Source: Octopus sinensis (taxonomy: Eukaryota). Taken from it: a stretch of DNA of 64,000 nt. Shown here piece after piece: positions 46,976-59,234 of this stretch (the stretch's first letter is position 1; every line of letters begins with the position of its first letter). Location: positions 1 to 64,000 of the forward strand of contig NW_021832842.1 in the NCBI RefSeq assembly GCF_006345805.1, in the 5' to 3' direction. The notes under the pieces are model-generated. The model was not told the origin of the DNA. It did not search any database and worked only from the letters and a program-made list of their open reading frames with translations. Made by a program: the position numbers and the translations under genes.

Positions 46976-47500
46976 TATATTGTTACTGCATATCTCTCCT
47001 TGAGAGATTTAGAAATATGATATTTCTGTAGACCAGTGAATGTTTTTCACTTTGAATTCTATAAGTTTTCGAAAACAGGTTAGAAGCGACGTCTAGATAA
47101 TCTAAGCTACTCTACGCTGATAAAGAGCAATAAACCTGAAACTAGTCCGTGTTTCACAATTGGTTGGAGTCGTTTCAAATGAAACTAGTCCGTGGAGGTG
47201 CTAATCTCCCCCGTTCGAAAGTATAAGGACACAGAACGTTTGTGTCGCATAGCCAGCTAGAAATGATATTTCTTGGAGCTAAATAACAGTAACATTTCTC
47301 TCTTTCCTGGGACTGCTACATTATGTTGACAACAAGCCATCACTTTATCGTGCTGTTACTGCATATCTCTCGTTGAGAGATTTAGAAATGCGATATATAT
47401 ATATCTGTCTGTCCGTCTGTCTCTCTCTTTCACTTTCTCTCACACACACATGCACATAACACATGTATATATATATATATGTCTTTCTTTGTTTCAACAG

Positions 47501-47575
47501 GATTGGTAGGGATTCGACTTTTGATGTTGGCATGAAAAATATCTTTGGCTGTGAAGTACATTCCTTTGACCCATT
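47501..47575 (+). CDS. METTL24-like: METTL24-like exon
   Basis: CAACAG/GTAAGC boundaries; IGRDSTFDVGMKNIFGCEVHSFDP. Confidence 0.9.
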
Positions 47576-48031
47576 GTAAGCACTGGTTTACTGTAGTAAT
47601 AACAGCAGTAGCAGCAGTAGTCCTAGCTGCATCATCATCAGCATTATTATTATTGTTGTTGTTGTTGTTGTTGTTTTTGTTGTTGTTGTTGTTGTTGTTG
47701 TTGTTTTTGTTGTTATTCAGTAGTTTTATTTTTATATTGTGCTTTCACTTCACTATCGAGCGCAGCTCTATGTGCCTTGGATATGTGCTGTGGTTTGTTG
47801 TGATGCTCTTATGGTAATTGTATTGAGAGTGTTGTGTGTAGGATGTGTGCAGTGCCCAGTAGTGCCATTTTCTGTATGTTATATATATTTATAAGTCCTG
47901 GTGACTTTGTTATGTATTTATCTGAATGCACCTACAATGATAGGAATCGTTTCTGTTTTTAGATTCCACATTCGAGTTACCTCTATTTCTAGGTCTTTGT
48001 ATTTTGAAAGTTTCTCCATTTCTTTTAGAGA

Positions 48032-48290
48032 TCTTTTCTGTTTGAACGGCAGTTTTTTCTAGCGGTGTCATATGAAATTGTCACCCATAATTATGACCCT
48101 AGTATCGATCTATTGCATTTCAATCTGTTTTAGGGTTAGGGCTAGTTAGGGGTAGGGGGAAGAGTATCTTTTTTTCTTCACAAATGTAAATAAACCCAAT
48201 CTTTTTCATAAACGAGGGAATATTCATACAGCACAGAATGTTTTTTAACTCAATAGACGTCAGTGATTTGTTGAAATTGCAGAAATTTCT
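48032..48290. repeat. Unclassified interspersed repeat containing TTAGGGTTAGGG
   Basis: Non-coding segment fused to the R4/Dong fragment, with two telomere-like units at ~48130-48141. Confidence 0.35.
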
Positions 48291-48334
48291 TGTATTAACA
48301 AAATTATTTTTAACATGCTTTGTTGTCTTCACAG

Positions 48335-48464
48335 TGAAAAGAAAATTCCAAATCGTGAATTGTTAAATTTCCATGATATCGGAATAAGTAACAAATCAGG
48401 CATTGACGGAGGCAGACAGTTTATGACACTACGAGACACTCGCAAGCATTTAAATCACACAAAT
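48335..48464 (+). CDS. METTL24-like: METTL24-like exon
   Basis: TCACAG/GTAAGT boundaries; ..LNFHDIGI...FMTLRDTRKHLNHTN; phases consistent with neighbours. Confidence 0.88.
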
Positions 48465-48485
48465 GTAAGTTTTTGTTTATACGTA

Positions 48486-48596
<111 letters not shown>

Positions 48597-48600
48597 CTTT

Positions 48601-48655
48601 TAACAAAACACTCTGATGAACGGGAACGTGAAACTCTGAGTAACAGCTTTTGTTA
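48601..48655 (+). ncRNA. Hammerhead-like motif in the last intron, sense strand
   Basis: CTGATGA 48613-48619; stem II ACG/CGT with GGAA loop; GAAA; stem III ACT/AGT; GUA site. Stem I is interrupted next to the core but has TAACAAAA/TTTTGTTA distally. Confidence 0.55.
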
Positions 48656-48679
48656 TATTTCTGCTGCTTTTAAATAAAG

Positions 48680-48729
<50 letters not shown>

Positions 48730-49792
48730 TGTATGTATGTATGTATGCATGTATTTATTTATTTATGTATGTATGTATGTATGTATCTGTACAGACACTC
48801 ATGTGTATATATATGTATGCATGTGTGTATGTATCACGTTTTTAATGACCAGTCACTATTATTTCTGTAGCAACTCTGCTTTCCACATAGGTTCATTCAA
48901 TAATTCCAAGTGAAAAATTTTACGTAATATTTATGGATTAGAGTAGCACCTCCCTAGGACTGCGTCAAAGGTGCGCTCTTAAATTGCGCGTCTGTCAGGA
49001 AACAAAACGTATATATAAAGATTAAAAATAAATGTGAGAAGATTAAAAATAAACGAGATGAGTAATTATGGAATCTTCACTAATAGCAAAGCGAAAACCA
49101 AGATTCAAGACAGATTCATTACATATAAAATAAACCCTCAAGTTTCCCCGAACAATTGGATTCTATAAGTTTTAAGTATGGTGTTGATGATTTTATTTGT
49201 TACAGTAATATTCATATGATTTTTAGCAACGTCCTGCCGAAAAACGTGCACATATTATTTCATTCTATTTTGGAAAATGAAATAACGTACCTCTCTTCTG
49301 AGGAACAGGCAACAAGCTGCAACTCAAAGGATTATCATAATTTCATTCTGATGATGAGGATAACAAAATATAAAAGACTAATGGATTTAGCAATACTACT
49401 GTTCCAAAGATAAAGGACTAGTAAATGAAAAACAAAAATCCTTCATAAAAACTAAGATTTTCGTCCTTTAATCATTTATTTATTTCTCAATTTCTTATTC
49501 TTTCTGTTTCCCTCCTTCCCCTTTTCCTATCGCTTTCCATTTCTTTGTTTGTTTCTTTCATTCTTTCTTCTTTCTTTTTGTTTCTTTCTGTTTTATTTTC
49601 TGTTTTCTTTGTTATTCAGTTATCTTTTGCTATTTCTTTCTTTCTTTCTTTGTTTTTTCCTACCCACTCTCGCCCCCTCCTTTCCTGTCTCTGTGTGGTC
49701 CATTCAGCTATCTGTGCGTCATCCATTACATATTTTCACAAAATTGTTTTTAATTAACAACTTCTTTAATTACCTTTTATTTCATTCTTCAG

Positions 49793-50057
49793 AAGGATAT
49801 CAGTATTTTGAAAATGGATGTAGAAAGCTCAGAATGGCGCTTTCTGACGGCGAACTAAATCATGTGAAACAACTAGCAATTGAGTTTCACTTAACTAGAA
49901 AACAATCGTTTTTCATTTATGCTCTTGATATTATCAAGAATCTGATGGATTTTAATTTCCGTATATACCACACAGAAAAGAATAATAACTGCAAATACAT
50001 AAATTCCAGAAAGATGAAACTGACAAAGTGTCAGAACGTCCACATGATTAAAGTTGG

Positions 50058-50061
<4 letters not shown>
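49793..50061 (+). CDS. METTL24-like: METTL24-like terminal exon, frameshifted after SSEW
   Basis: CTTCAG acceptor; spliced frame KDISILKMDVESSEW..stop 49856-49858; the -1 frame continues ALSDGELNHVKQLAIEFH..FRIYHTEKN..C to stop 50059-50061. Confidence 0.85.
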
Positions 50062-50097
<36 letters not shown>

Positions 50098-50111
50098 GAT
50101 AATAATAATAT

Positions 50112-50720
50112 TAGGGAGTGTAACTCCAAGCTTACAGGGAAAAATTCAAGTTACAATTAAATCAAATTTCACAATATAAATATATAATATATATAAATTA
50201 GAGAAAAAACACTATTATGCAATTCAAACAATGATAGACATAAAGCAAATCATAAATAAAAAATAAAATATATTTTAAAACATATAACTAGATACAAAAT
50301 GTACGGAAATGAATAAACAATATATAATAAGTAAAAAGACTACGTAGTTTCATGGCTATAATTTAAATTCGAATTAAAATAAAATTGAAATTTAATCGAA
50401 AAACAATTCAATTTAAAAGTATAGTCACTCCTCAGGTCAACAACAATAGCAATAATAGTTCAATAAATAATCAAATAGAATTCAACAATATTTCATAAAG
50501 AAATAAAATCATGATTGTTCTGATAGGAGAAACTCCATTAACTAAATTTAAAACTTAAAACAGTAGGACCAGGTGCCTATAATACATTTTTCATGTTAAA
50601 AACGTAAGGTAAAAAAATAGAGTAAATAGATAGAAAAATGTATTTATCTGTGAAGATATAATTCAGCTTTAAGAATAAACATTAACAAACTATAGAATAT
50701 CTTTACACTAACTATACTCA
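50112..50720 (-). mobile_element. PLE-type non-coding repeat with hammerhead-like motif (50338-50438)
   Basis: Minus strand GAC-CTGAGGA-[long AU-rich hairpin]-GAAA-CTAC-GTA-GTC; flanked by (TA)n. Confidence 0.55.
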
Positions 50721-50739
50721 TATATATATATATATATAT

Positions 50740-51631
50740 ATATGAAAGAAGGTTTGAAAATGCAATTTAAAAGATGTTTATTTACTTAACCGGTTTCACT
50801 CTTTGGTAAAAGATTGTCAAAAGTAACATTGAATATTATGGGTTCAAAAAAGTGTTTTACATAATTGTCACATTGTATATTATGAATTCAAAAATGTTTT
50901 TTTATACATAATTGTCACATTACATGTATAAATATAGTGTTTGGTAACAGAGATATGTTAAGGGCATAAAAAAGTTCAATAGTTTGATGAGAATATTTGG
51001 AAAAATTGGCAGAAAAGAATAAAACAAATATATTATTGGAAATTTGGTTGCGTTAATTATTGGTTGTCGCAAATTGTCACATTACATGTATATATATACA
51101 GTCTTTGGTAGAAAGGACATGTTAAAGACATAAGGAAGTGTAATAGTTTGGTGAGAAAGTTTGTAATATTGACAGAGAAAATTAAAATGGATATTTTATA
51201 CATCTCAGAATATTTTGAAATGAAGGCGAGAATTTGTTTTTACTGACCTGTTTGTTTTAGCAGAAAAGTTGAATTGAGAGAAAAAGATGTGTACCCAGTT
51301 TTGTGTATGGTTCCCCTTCAAGCATCAATGATTTTGGGGTTATCGGGAGGTGAGTATGCGGGTGTGAATAGATGTGTCCGTGTGCCTGCTGGTCAGACGG
51401 CGTCTGTTTGTCACACACATATATACACACACACACAACACACACACACACACACATAGTATACAAACACACACCACATACACACAACACACACACACAG
51501 AACACACACATACACAACGCACCCACATATATAATATACACACACAGCACGGAAATTTAACATGTATTTATATATAATATACACACATATATAACACACA
51601 TACACACACAACACATACACACACACACACA

Positions 51632-51670
<39 letters not shown>

Positions 51671-54600
51671 CATACATACATACATACATACATACATACA
51701 TACATACATACATACATACATACATACATACATACATACATACATAATATAAATATCACACAAATATACCTAGCATATATATACATACATACATATATAT
51801 ATATATAGACAATGCATATACATATATACATATATACATATAAATAGTGTTTACATACACATACATAGATATACCACATATACACACAATATACATACAC
51901 ACAATGCATACACATACACGTACGCATACAATTAATATATATATACACACACACACATAACATACATACACAATGCATACATATATATACATGCAATGTA
52001 TATACATGTATTCATGCATATATAGCACACCTACAGTATACATATATACAATGCACACACACATATATACACTTAATTGTACACATACATATACAATACA
52101 CATACATACAATATACATATACACAATGCGCATGCAAATAATGCACATGTCTATACACACATATACATGCAAATATATATACACACACACACACACATAT
52201 ATATATACACATATATATATATATATATATATACATACATACATACATGCACATATATATCAGTTTCCACGACACCAGATGGTAGATACCAACCCCGAAA
52301 AACCAAAAATAGTGAATCTTTCTAACCTAAACCTGTCGACACCACAAATAAAAATCCTTTCAAGAGGACTAAAATTCACTCCAACTCCGCAATACCCTAA
52401 CCTGAGGGAAATACAGGATGACATCTCACACTTTTGCAGAAAATTACGCCTCACAGAGGAATTTTTTGACAGGAAAACTAATAATAACGACGAATCAATG
52501 GTCCGTAACAAAAGCAACTATAATCCCATAAAAGGCAAAAACAAGACCCTAGACAAATTTTGCGATTACATCTCAAACTTCCCTTATGGTGAACTCCCAC
52601 AACCTAAACTCAAACCCAACACCAGTAAAAGAGAATGGGAAATCATCCATACGCTACGAGACAATCATGACATCACAATAAAGGAAGCTGATAAGGGTAG
52701 TACGGTCGTTGTTATGAATACTGAGCAATATAAAAACTCTGTATCTCTCCTTTTAGAGGATACCACATACTATGAAAGAGTAGTCGACTACCAGCAATCC
52801 AAAACAATGACCAAACTGAAGGCACTCATTTACCAACACCGGAATGACTTGACAGCAAAAGAATGCGACTACATTACTAAATTTAATTGCAAAACCAGCA
52901 CACTCTATGGGCTTCAAAAATACACAAGAGTCAAATTATCACAGAAGCTTGCAAAAAGTCCACTTCAACCTGCATCACTATACCACATCCCACTGATCTC
53001 AAACCGAGACCAATAGTGGCAGGCCCAAGTTGTGAAACACACAGACTTAGCAACTTTATAGATATCATCTTAAAGCCAATACTGAAACACATTCCAAGTA
53101 TTGGAAGAGATGACCTGGACCTATTAAATCATCTCCCCAAACATACCGATAAAGACACTTTAATCGTTTCTTTTGATGTTATTAATCTTTACACCACAAT
53201 CTCACATGAATATGGACTGGAAGCCATTAAATTCTGGCTGGATAAATATCCCAATGAGATCCCGGAAAGAATTAAAAAAGAATTCATAATTGAGGGCCTC
53301 AAATTTATTCTGCAAAACAAATTCATGTATTTCCACAACAACACTTACAGACAGGTCTCAGGAACTGCAATGGGTACGAAAGTTGCACCAACCTATGCAA
53401 ACCTGGTGATGGCCTACCTGGAATCACATATCTATGAAAAATCCAAATATAAGTACGGCCAGTCTTTCCACAAATACCTGTTGGAGAACTGGAAACGCTA
53501 CTTAGATGATTGCCTCATCCTATGGTCCCACACACTCGACCAACTTATAGACTTCAAAAACCTTATCAACAGTGTAAATAACAACATTCAATTCACAATG
53601 GAATATAGTCAGGACCAACTCCTTTTTCTTGACATCCTAATCATTAAAAAAGGCGTCAACATTGAAACTGACATCCATTACAAACCCACTGACTCTAAAC
53701 AATACCTTCTATTCACCTCCAATCACCCAAAACACACAAAGACAAATATCCCCTTCAACCTAGCGAGAAGAATCTGCACTATTGTCTCAAATGACACAAC
53801 ACGAAATAGAAGACTCCGGGAACTAAGGGCAATTCTTCTCGAAAGACATTACCCGGCATCACTAGTAGACAACGGAATAGAACGGGCCAAATCAATCAAC
53901 ATTCAAGACCTACGAAAACCCAAACACATCCACAGTACAGTAAATAGCCTCCCCTATCTCTCAACACACAACCCATTCCACAACTAAATCATTCCACAAC
54001 TAAATCATTCCACAACTAAATCAAGACCCACGCCTGAAAAAAATACTGGCAGCTCATAAAATAATAAAAAGTAAGAGACAACCTAAATCCCTAAAAAACC
54101 TCCTCACCAACGCAAAATTACACAACACAAACCCACCGCCCACCATCAAAAAATGTGGTCGCCCCAACTGCAGGACCTGCATCCACCTCATTGAGGGATC
54201 GTCGTACAAGTTCCACTCGGGACACACATTCATCATAAAAAATAATTTCACGTGCGCATCAAAAAATTTACTCTACGTCATAAGGTGTGAAGGATGCCAC
54301 GAAGACTACATAGGGCAAACGAGCCTTACCCTCAGAGAAAAAATGACAGTTCACCGACAACAACTGAGGGACCCCTCCACAAGACAGATACCACTAAGTG
54401 GACACTTAGACCTTTGTGCACACAATAAGTCCCCCAAATTCTTAGTCTTCCCACTATACCAATGCTCGGACAACACCACAGACCAAACACGAATAAATAG
54501 GGAAAGTAATCTTATTCAAAAATACAGACCACAACTAAACATACTCTAACATACCCCCTGGACACACATCCAGAGCAAGCACACAGGGACACGCGCACAC

Positions 54601-55128
54601 TCACAGCATATCGTGCGGGCGGACACATGCGCGCATCGGCACGCATAGGACACAATAGCGGGCATTGACCGCACACATACGTGGCACGCACACGCATGCA
54701 TTATATATATGTAGGTTATGTATGTGTGTGAGTGTAGTGTGTGTGTGTGTGTGCGTTGTGTGTGTGTGTGCGCGCGTGTGTATATATGTGTGTGTGTGTG
54801 CACTGTGTGCGTGTGTGTGTATGTGTGTGTGTGGGCGTTGTGTGTGCACGTGTGTATATATGTGTGTGTGTGTGCACTGTGTGCGTGTGTGTGTATGTGT
54901 GTGTGTGAGCATTGTGTACGTGTGTATGTATTTACATGTGTATTTGTTTTATATATATATATATATGTGTGTGTGTGTTGTGTGTGTATATGCATGGTAT
55001 GTGTGTATATGTGAGTACATTGTTTGTGTGTGTGTGCGGTAGGTAGAGATATATTTGAGTGTATACGCTATAGGTTTGTATTTTGTGTGTGTATGTGTGT
55101 GAAAAAATATATATATGTGCATGTATGT

Positions 55129-55168
<40 letters not shown>

Positions 55169-55721
55169 ATATATATGTGTGTGTGTGTATATATATTTGC
55201 ATGTATATGTGTGTATAAACATGTGCATTATTTGCATGCGCATTGTGTATATGTATATTGTATGTATGTGTATTGTATATGTATGTGTACAATTAAGTGT
55301 ATATATGTGTGAGTATGTGTGCATTGTATATATGTATACTGTAGGTGTGCTATATATGCATGAATACATGTATATACATTGCATGTATATATATGTATGC
55401 ATTGTGTATGTATGTTATGTGTGTGTGTGTATATATATATTAATTGTATGCGTACGTGTATGTGTATGCATTGTGTGTATGTATATTGTGTGTATATGTG
55501 GTATATCTATGTATGTGTATGTAAACACTATTTATATGTATATATGTATATATGTATATGCATTGTCTATATATATATATAATATGTATGTATTGCGTAT
55601 GTATATTGCATGCATATATTGTGTATGTGTATTATATACATGCTGTGTATGTGTATGGTATGTATATATATGCTAGGTATATTTGTGTGATATTTATATT
55701 ATGTATGTATGTATGCGTGTG

Positions 55722-55756
<35 letters not shown>

Positions 55757-56593
55757 GTGTGTGTATATTATATATGTGGGTGCGTTGTGTATGTGTGTGT
55801 TCTGTGTGTGTGTGTGTTCTGTGTATGTGGTGTGTGTTTGTATACTATGTGTGTGTGTGTGTATGTGTTGTGTGTGTGTGTATATATGTGTGTGACAAAC
55901 AGACGCCGTCTGACCAGCAGGCACACGGACACATCTGTTCACACCCGCATACTCACCTCCCGATAACCCCAAAATCATTGATGCTTGAAGGGGAACCATA
56001 CACAAAACTGGGTACACATCTTTTTCTCTCAATTCAACTTTTCTGCTAAAACAAACAGGTCAGTAAAAACAAATTCTCGCCTTCATTTCAAAATATTCTG
56101 AGATGTATAAAATATCCATTTTAATTTTCTCTGTCAATATTACAAACTTTCTCACCAAACTATTACATTTCCTTATGTCTTTAACATGTCCTTTCTACCA
56201 AAGACTGTATATATACATGTAATGTGACAATTTGCGACAACCAATAATTAACGCAACCAATTTCCAATAATATATTTGTTTTATTCTCTTCTGCCAATTT
56301 TTCCAAATATTCTCATCACACTATTGAACTTTTTTATGCCCTTAACATATCTGTTACCAAACACTATATTTATACATGTAATGTGACAATTATGTATAAA
56401 AAAACATTTTTGAATTCATAATATACAATGTGACAATTATGTAAAACACTTTTTTGAACCCATAATATTCAATGTTACTTTTGACAATCTTTTACCAAGA
56501 GTGAATCCGGTTAAGTAAATAAACATCTTTTAAATTGCATTTTCAAACCTTCTTTCATATATAATTCCACTCGTGCGATACCCCACAACTCAA

Positions 56594-56600
<7 letters not shown>
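50740..56600 (+). mobile_element. Penelope-like element (PLE-2) flanked by ~1.5 kb inverted repeats
   Basis: Left arm ~50740-52260 is the reverse complement of right arm ~55109-56561, including both unique and microsatellite segments; the RT/GIY-YIG ORF lies between. Confidence 0.92.
52279..54549 (+). pseudogene. PLE-2 RT + GIY-YIG ORF with frameshifts
   Basis: RGLKFTPTP, IVSFDVINLYTTI, SGTAMGTKVAPTYANL, YLDD, DIHYKPTDS, LLYVIRCEGCHEDYIGQT. Frameshift near 52910 and a 16 bp triplication at 53974-54021. Confidence 0.92.
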
Positions 56601-56655
<55 letters not shown>

Positions 56656-57319
56656 GTGTGTATATAGATATATAATAGCTGAACACAGATAATATATACT
56701 CCCATACCCACACAAACACGTAATACCTGAACATAGGCTATTTATACATACACACGCAACATGCATTAACACATAGTACATATATAGACAAAGATATCTT
56801 TCGCCCACATATATACATATATATACCATACACATGCACACTTTTTGGTCACAGACACGCTCACATGTACACACACCACGTGAAAAAGAACCCATCAACT
56901 ACTATACACACACGTTGCAGACGCACACACTCACACACGTCAGAGTCTAACCCCTATTCACACGCACACACACTTAAACATTCATACATACCATTCTTAC
57001 ATACCCACACACGTACGCACACCTTCATTTGGGATCAGCAGTACTTTATTACCTCACTTTCTTTCAACCTCTTTTTTTATATTATTATCTCTCGTTCTTT
57101 CAAACTCTTTTCTAATCATTCGCCATGTTTATTTTCTCATTACTTTCTGTTCAAGAGCGTAGGCCCGAAACGTAAAAAACTTTTCCATTTTCCCAAGCGT
57201 CAAACTAATACACTTGCTTGTTCATACACCGGTCTTTGTCTTTCGTTTTTCAATAAATTTCAACGATACATACATACATACATTATATATATATAGAGAG
57301 AGAGAGAGTGAGTCTCTTA

Positions 57320-58165
57320 TCTCTTATGATAAAAGGCAGATTTTCTCTGCCTCCCAAATAGTTTGTTTTTTATACAATTGTACAATATAGAATTTCTTCA
57401 ATTGGATTTTTCGAAGTAGATTCCATTGGGTCATGGCATGTAAAGTTTTTTTCAATTTTACCTCCCAATTAAGCAAAATTTCGAGAAAACTCAATATTTT
57501 ACGATTTCCCTCTCTCATTTCAATTGCTTCACTCCTTCCATTACCACCGCACTTTCTCCTACTTTCTCTTTGCAAGTGTGCAACAATTAAAGTGAAAGTA
57601 TTTATATAACAGGGATGAGCCATTAATACTGGTCATCCTTTTTGCTAGAGGAAGATCCGCTATGGTCTTATATGCTATATCACTGGTTTTCAATTCATAT
57701 TAATCAAATTAATATTCAATTTTTCACCCTCATTATGTGTGTGTGTATTAGCAATTCGTATAAAAATTGCATCAATGACTTGAACTTGAATAAGTGGTTT
57801 CACATAAATGGGGGTAAATTAAAAAGGTTTGTTGTTATTATTATTACTGTTTGACTATTGTAATCACGTTTGTTGGTTCCTCGTCAGGGAAACATTGTTG
57901 TGTTGCATTTGTTAAATAATTGTAAGCCGTAACCCTCCCCCTTTCGGAGAAGGGGCTTTGGTTATTGTTTAAAAATTTAATTGTGTCCCTGCTTCGGGAA
58001 ATTGACAATATTTTCACCGTCTTTACCGAAGCATTTTTGTTAAAATGCCTTCGATAGAAGAAAGTCCAAAAATGAATTTCGCTGCAGCCGTACACTTCTA
58101 TACAAGAGGGAGGACAAGATCCAATTGATCGAAATTGCAAGAGACGGGCCTACAATTCCAGTCTG
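57320..58165 (+). mobile_element. Non-autonomous Helitron-like element
   Basis: Begins A|TC with the same 33 bp as the Helitron at 58910; no ORF; 3' end uncertain. Confidence 0.45.
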
Positions 58166-58489
58166 TTATATATTTTGAGTATTGTTATCACTAGCGATAT
58201 CAAGATATAACTTTGTATTTTGTATTTTATGTGTAGATGTATATATATAGATGTACATGTAATATGTACACATATATATACACATATATACATGCATAAT
58301 ATATGTACCCATACACACATACGCACACACACACACATATATAGGGGCAGGTGTGGCTGTGTGGTAACAAACTACGTTCCAAACACATGGTCCTGGGTTC
58401 AGTCCCACTGTGTGGTGACTTGGCATGTGTCTTCTGCTGTAGCTTCAGACCAACAAAAGCCTTCTCAGTGGATTTTGTACATATATATA

Positions 58490-58765
58490 CATTTAACAAA
58501 TCTCAGGGTCAAACCCTCTCTGTAGCTGGTCTTCTCTTGGAAGAGCCCTGCTTCTCGCATAGGCAACTGTATGTTGCCTGCTCAAGAGTAGGAACCAAAA
58601 GAAACCTTTTTGTATATGCTCCACAAGGAAAAACAAGGAACATTTTTACAACGAGGTGTTATAATCTCAAGAACCAGGAGGTATATACATGATCCCCCTT
58701 TTTTTAACAAACTTCATGTACTTTCATGTATTTATACCCGGCGTCGCCCGGTTACATTCAATAGA
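58490..58765 (+). mobile_element. Helitron 3' remnant (helicase motifs V/VI and terminal hairpin)
   Basis: NKSQGQTL..AGL.LEEPCFSH.QLYVACSRVG; hairpin-like CCCGGCGTCGCCCGG near 58737-58751. Confidence 0.8.
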
Positions 58766-58783
58766 AGAATTAGACTTTTCTGT

Positions 58784-58861
<78 letters not shown>

Positions 58862-58909
58862 TATATATATGGATACACACACACACACACACACACACAA
58901 ATATATGTA

Positions 58910-59156
58910 TCTCTTATGATAAAAGGCAGATTTTCTCTGCCTGTTACCATGTTCGTTTTTAATACAAATCAGTCCTCTTTCTACCACTCTTATTCAACAT
59001 CACACATTCTGCTACTTTCTCTTATTAATGCTTAAACCACTCCTCAAAAAAATTAAAATTCAAAAAATAAATCCAGACAGGAAACAGAACAAAAAACACT
59101 GTGTGTGTGTGTTACAGTTGTCAATTGTTGAAAGAAACAAATTGTAAGCTAAGAAG

Positions 59157-59200
<44 letters not shown>

Positions 59201-59202
59201 TG

Positions 59203-59234
<32 letters not shown>

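Noticed and set aside
48130-48160. Interstitial telomere or chromosome fusion site
   Set aside because: Only two TTAGGG units inside an interspersed repeat.
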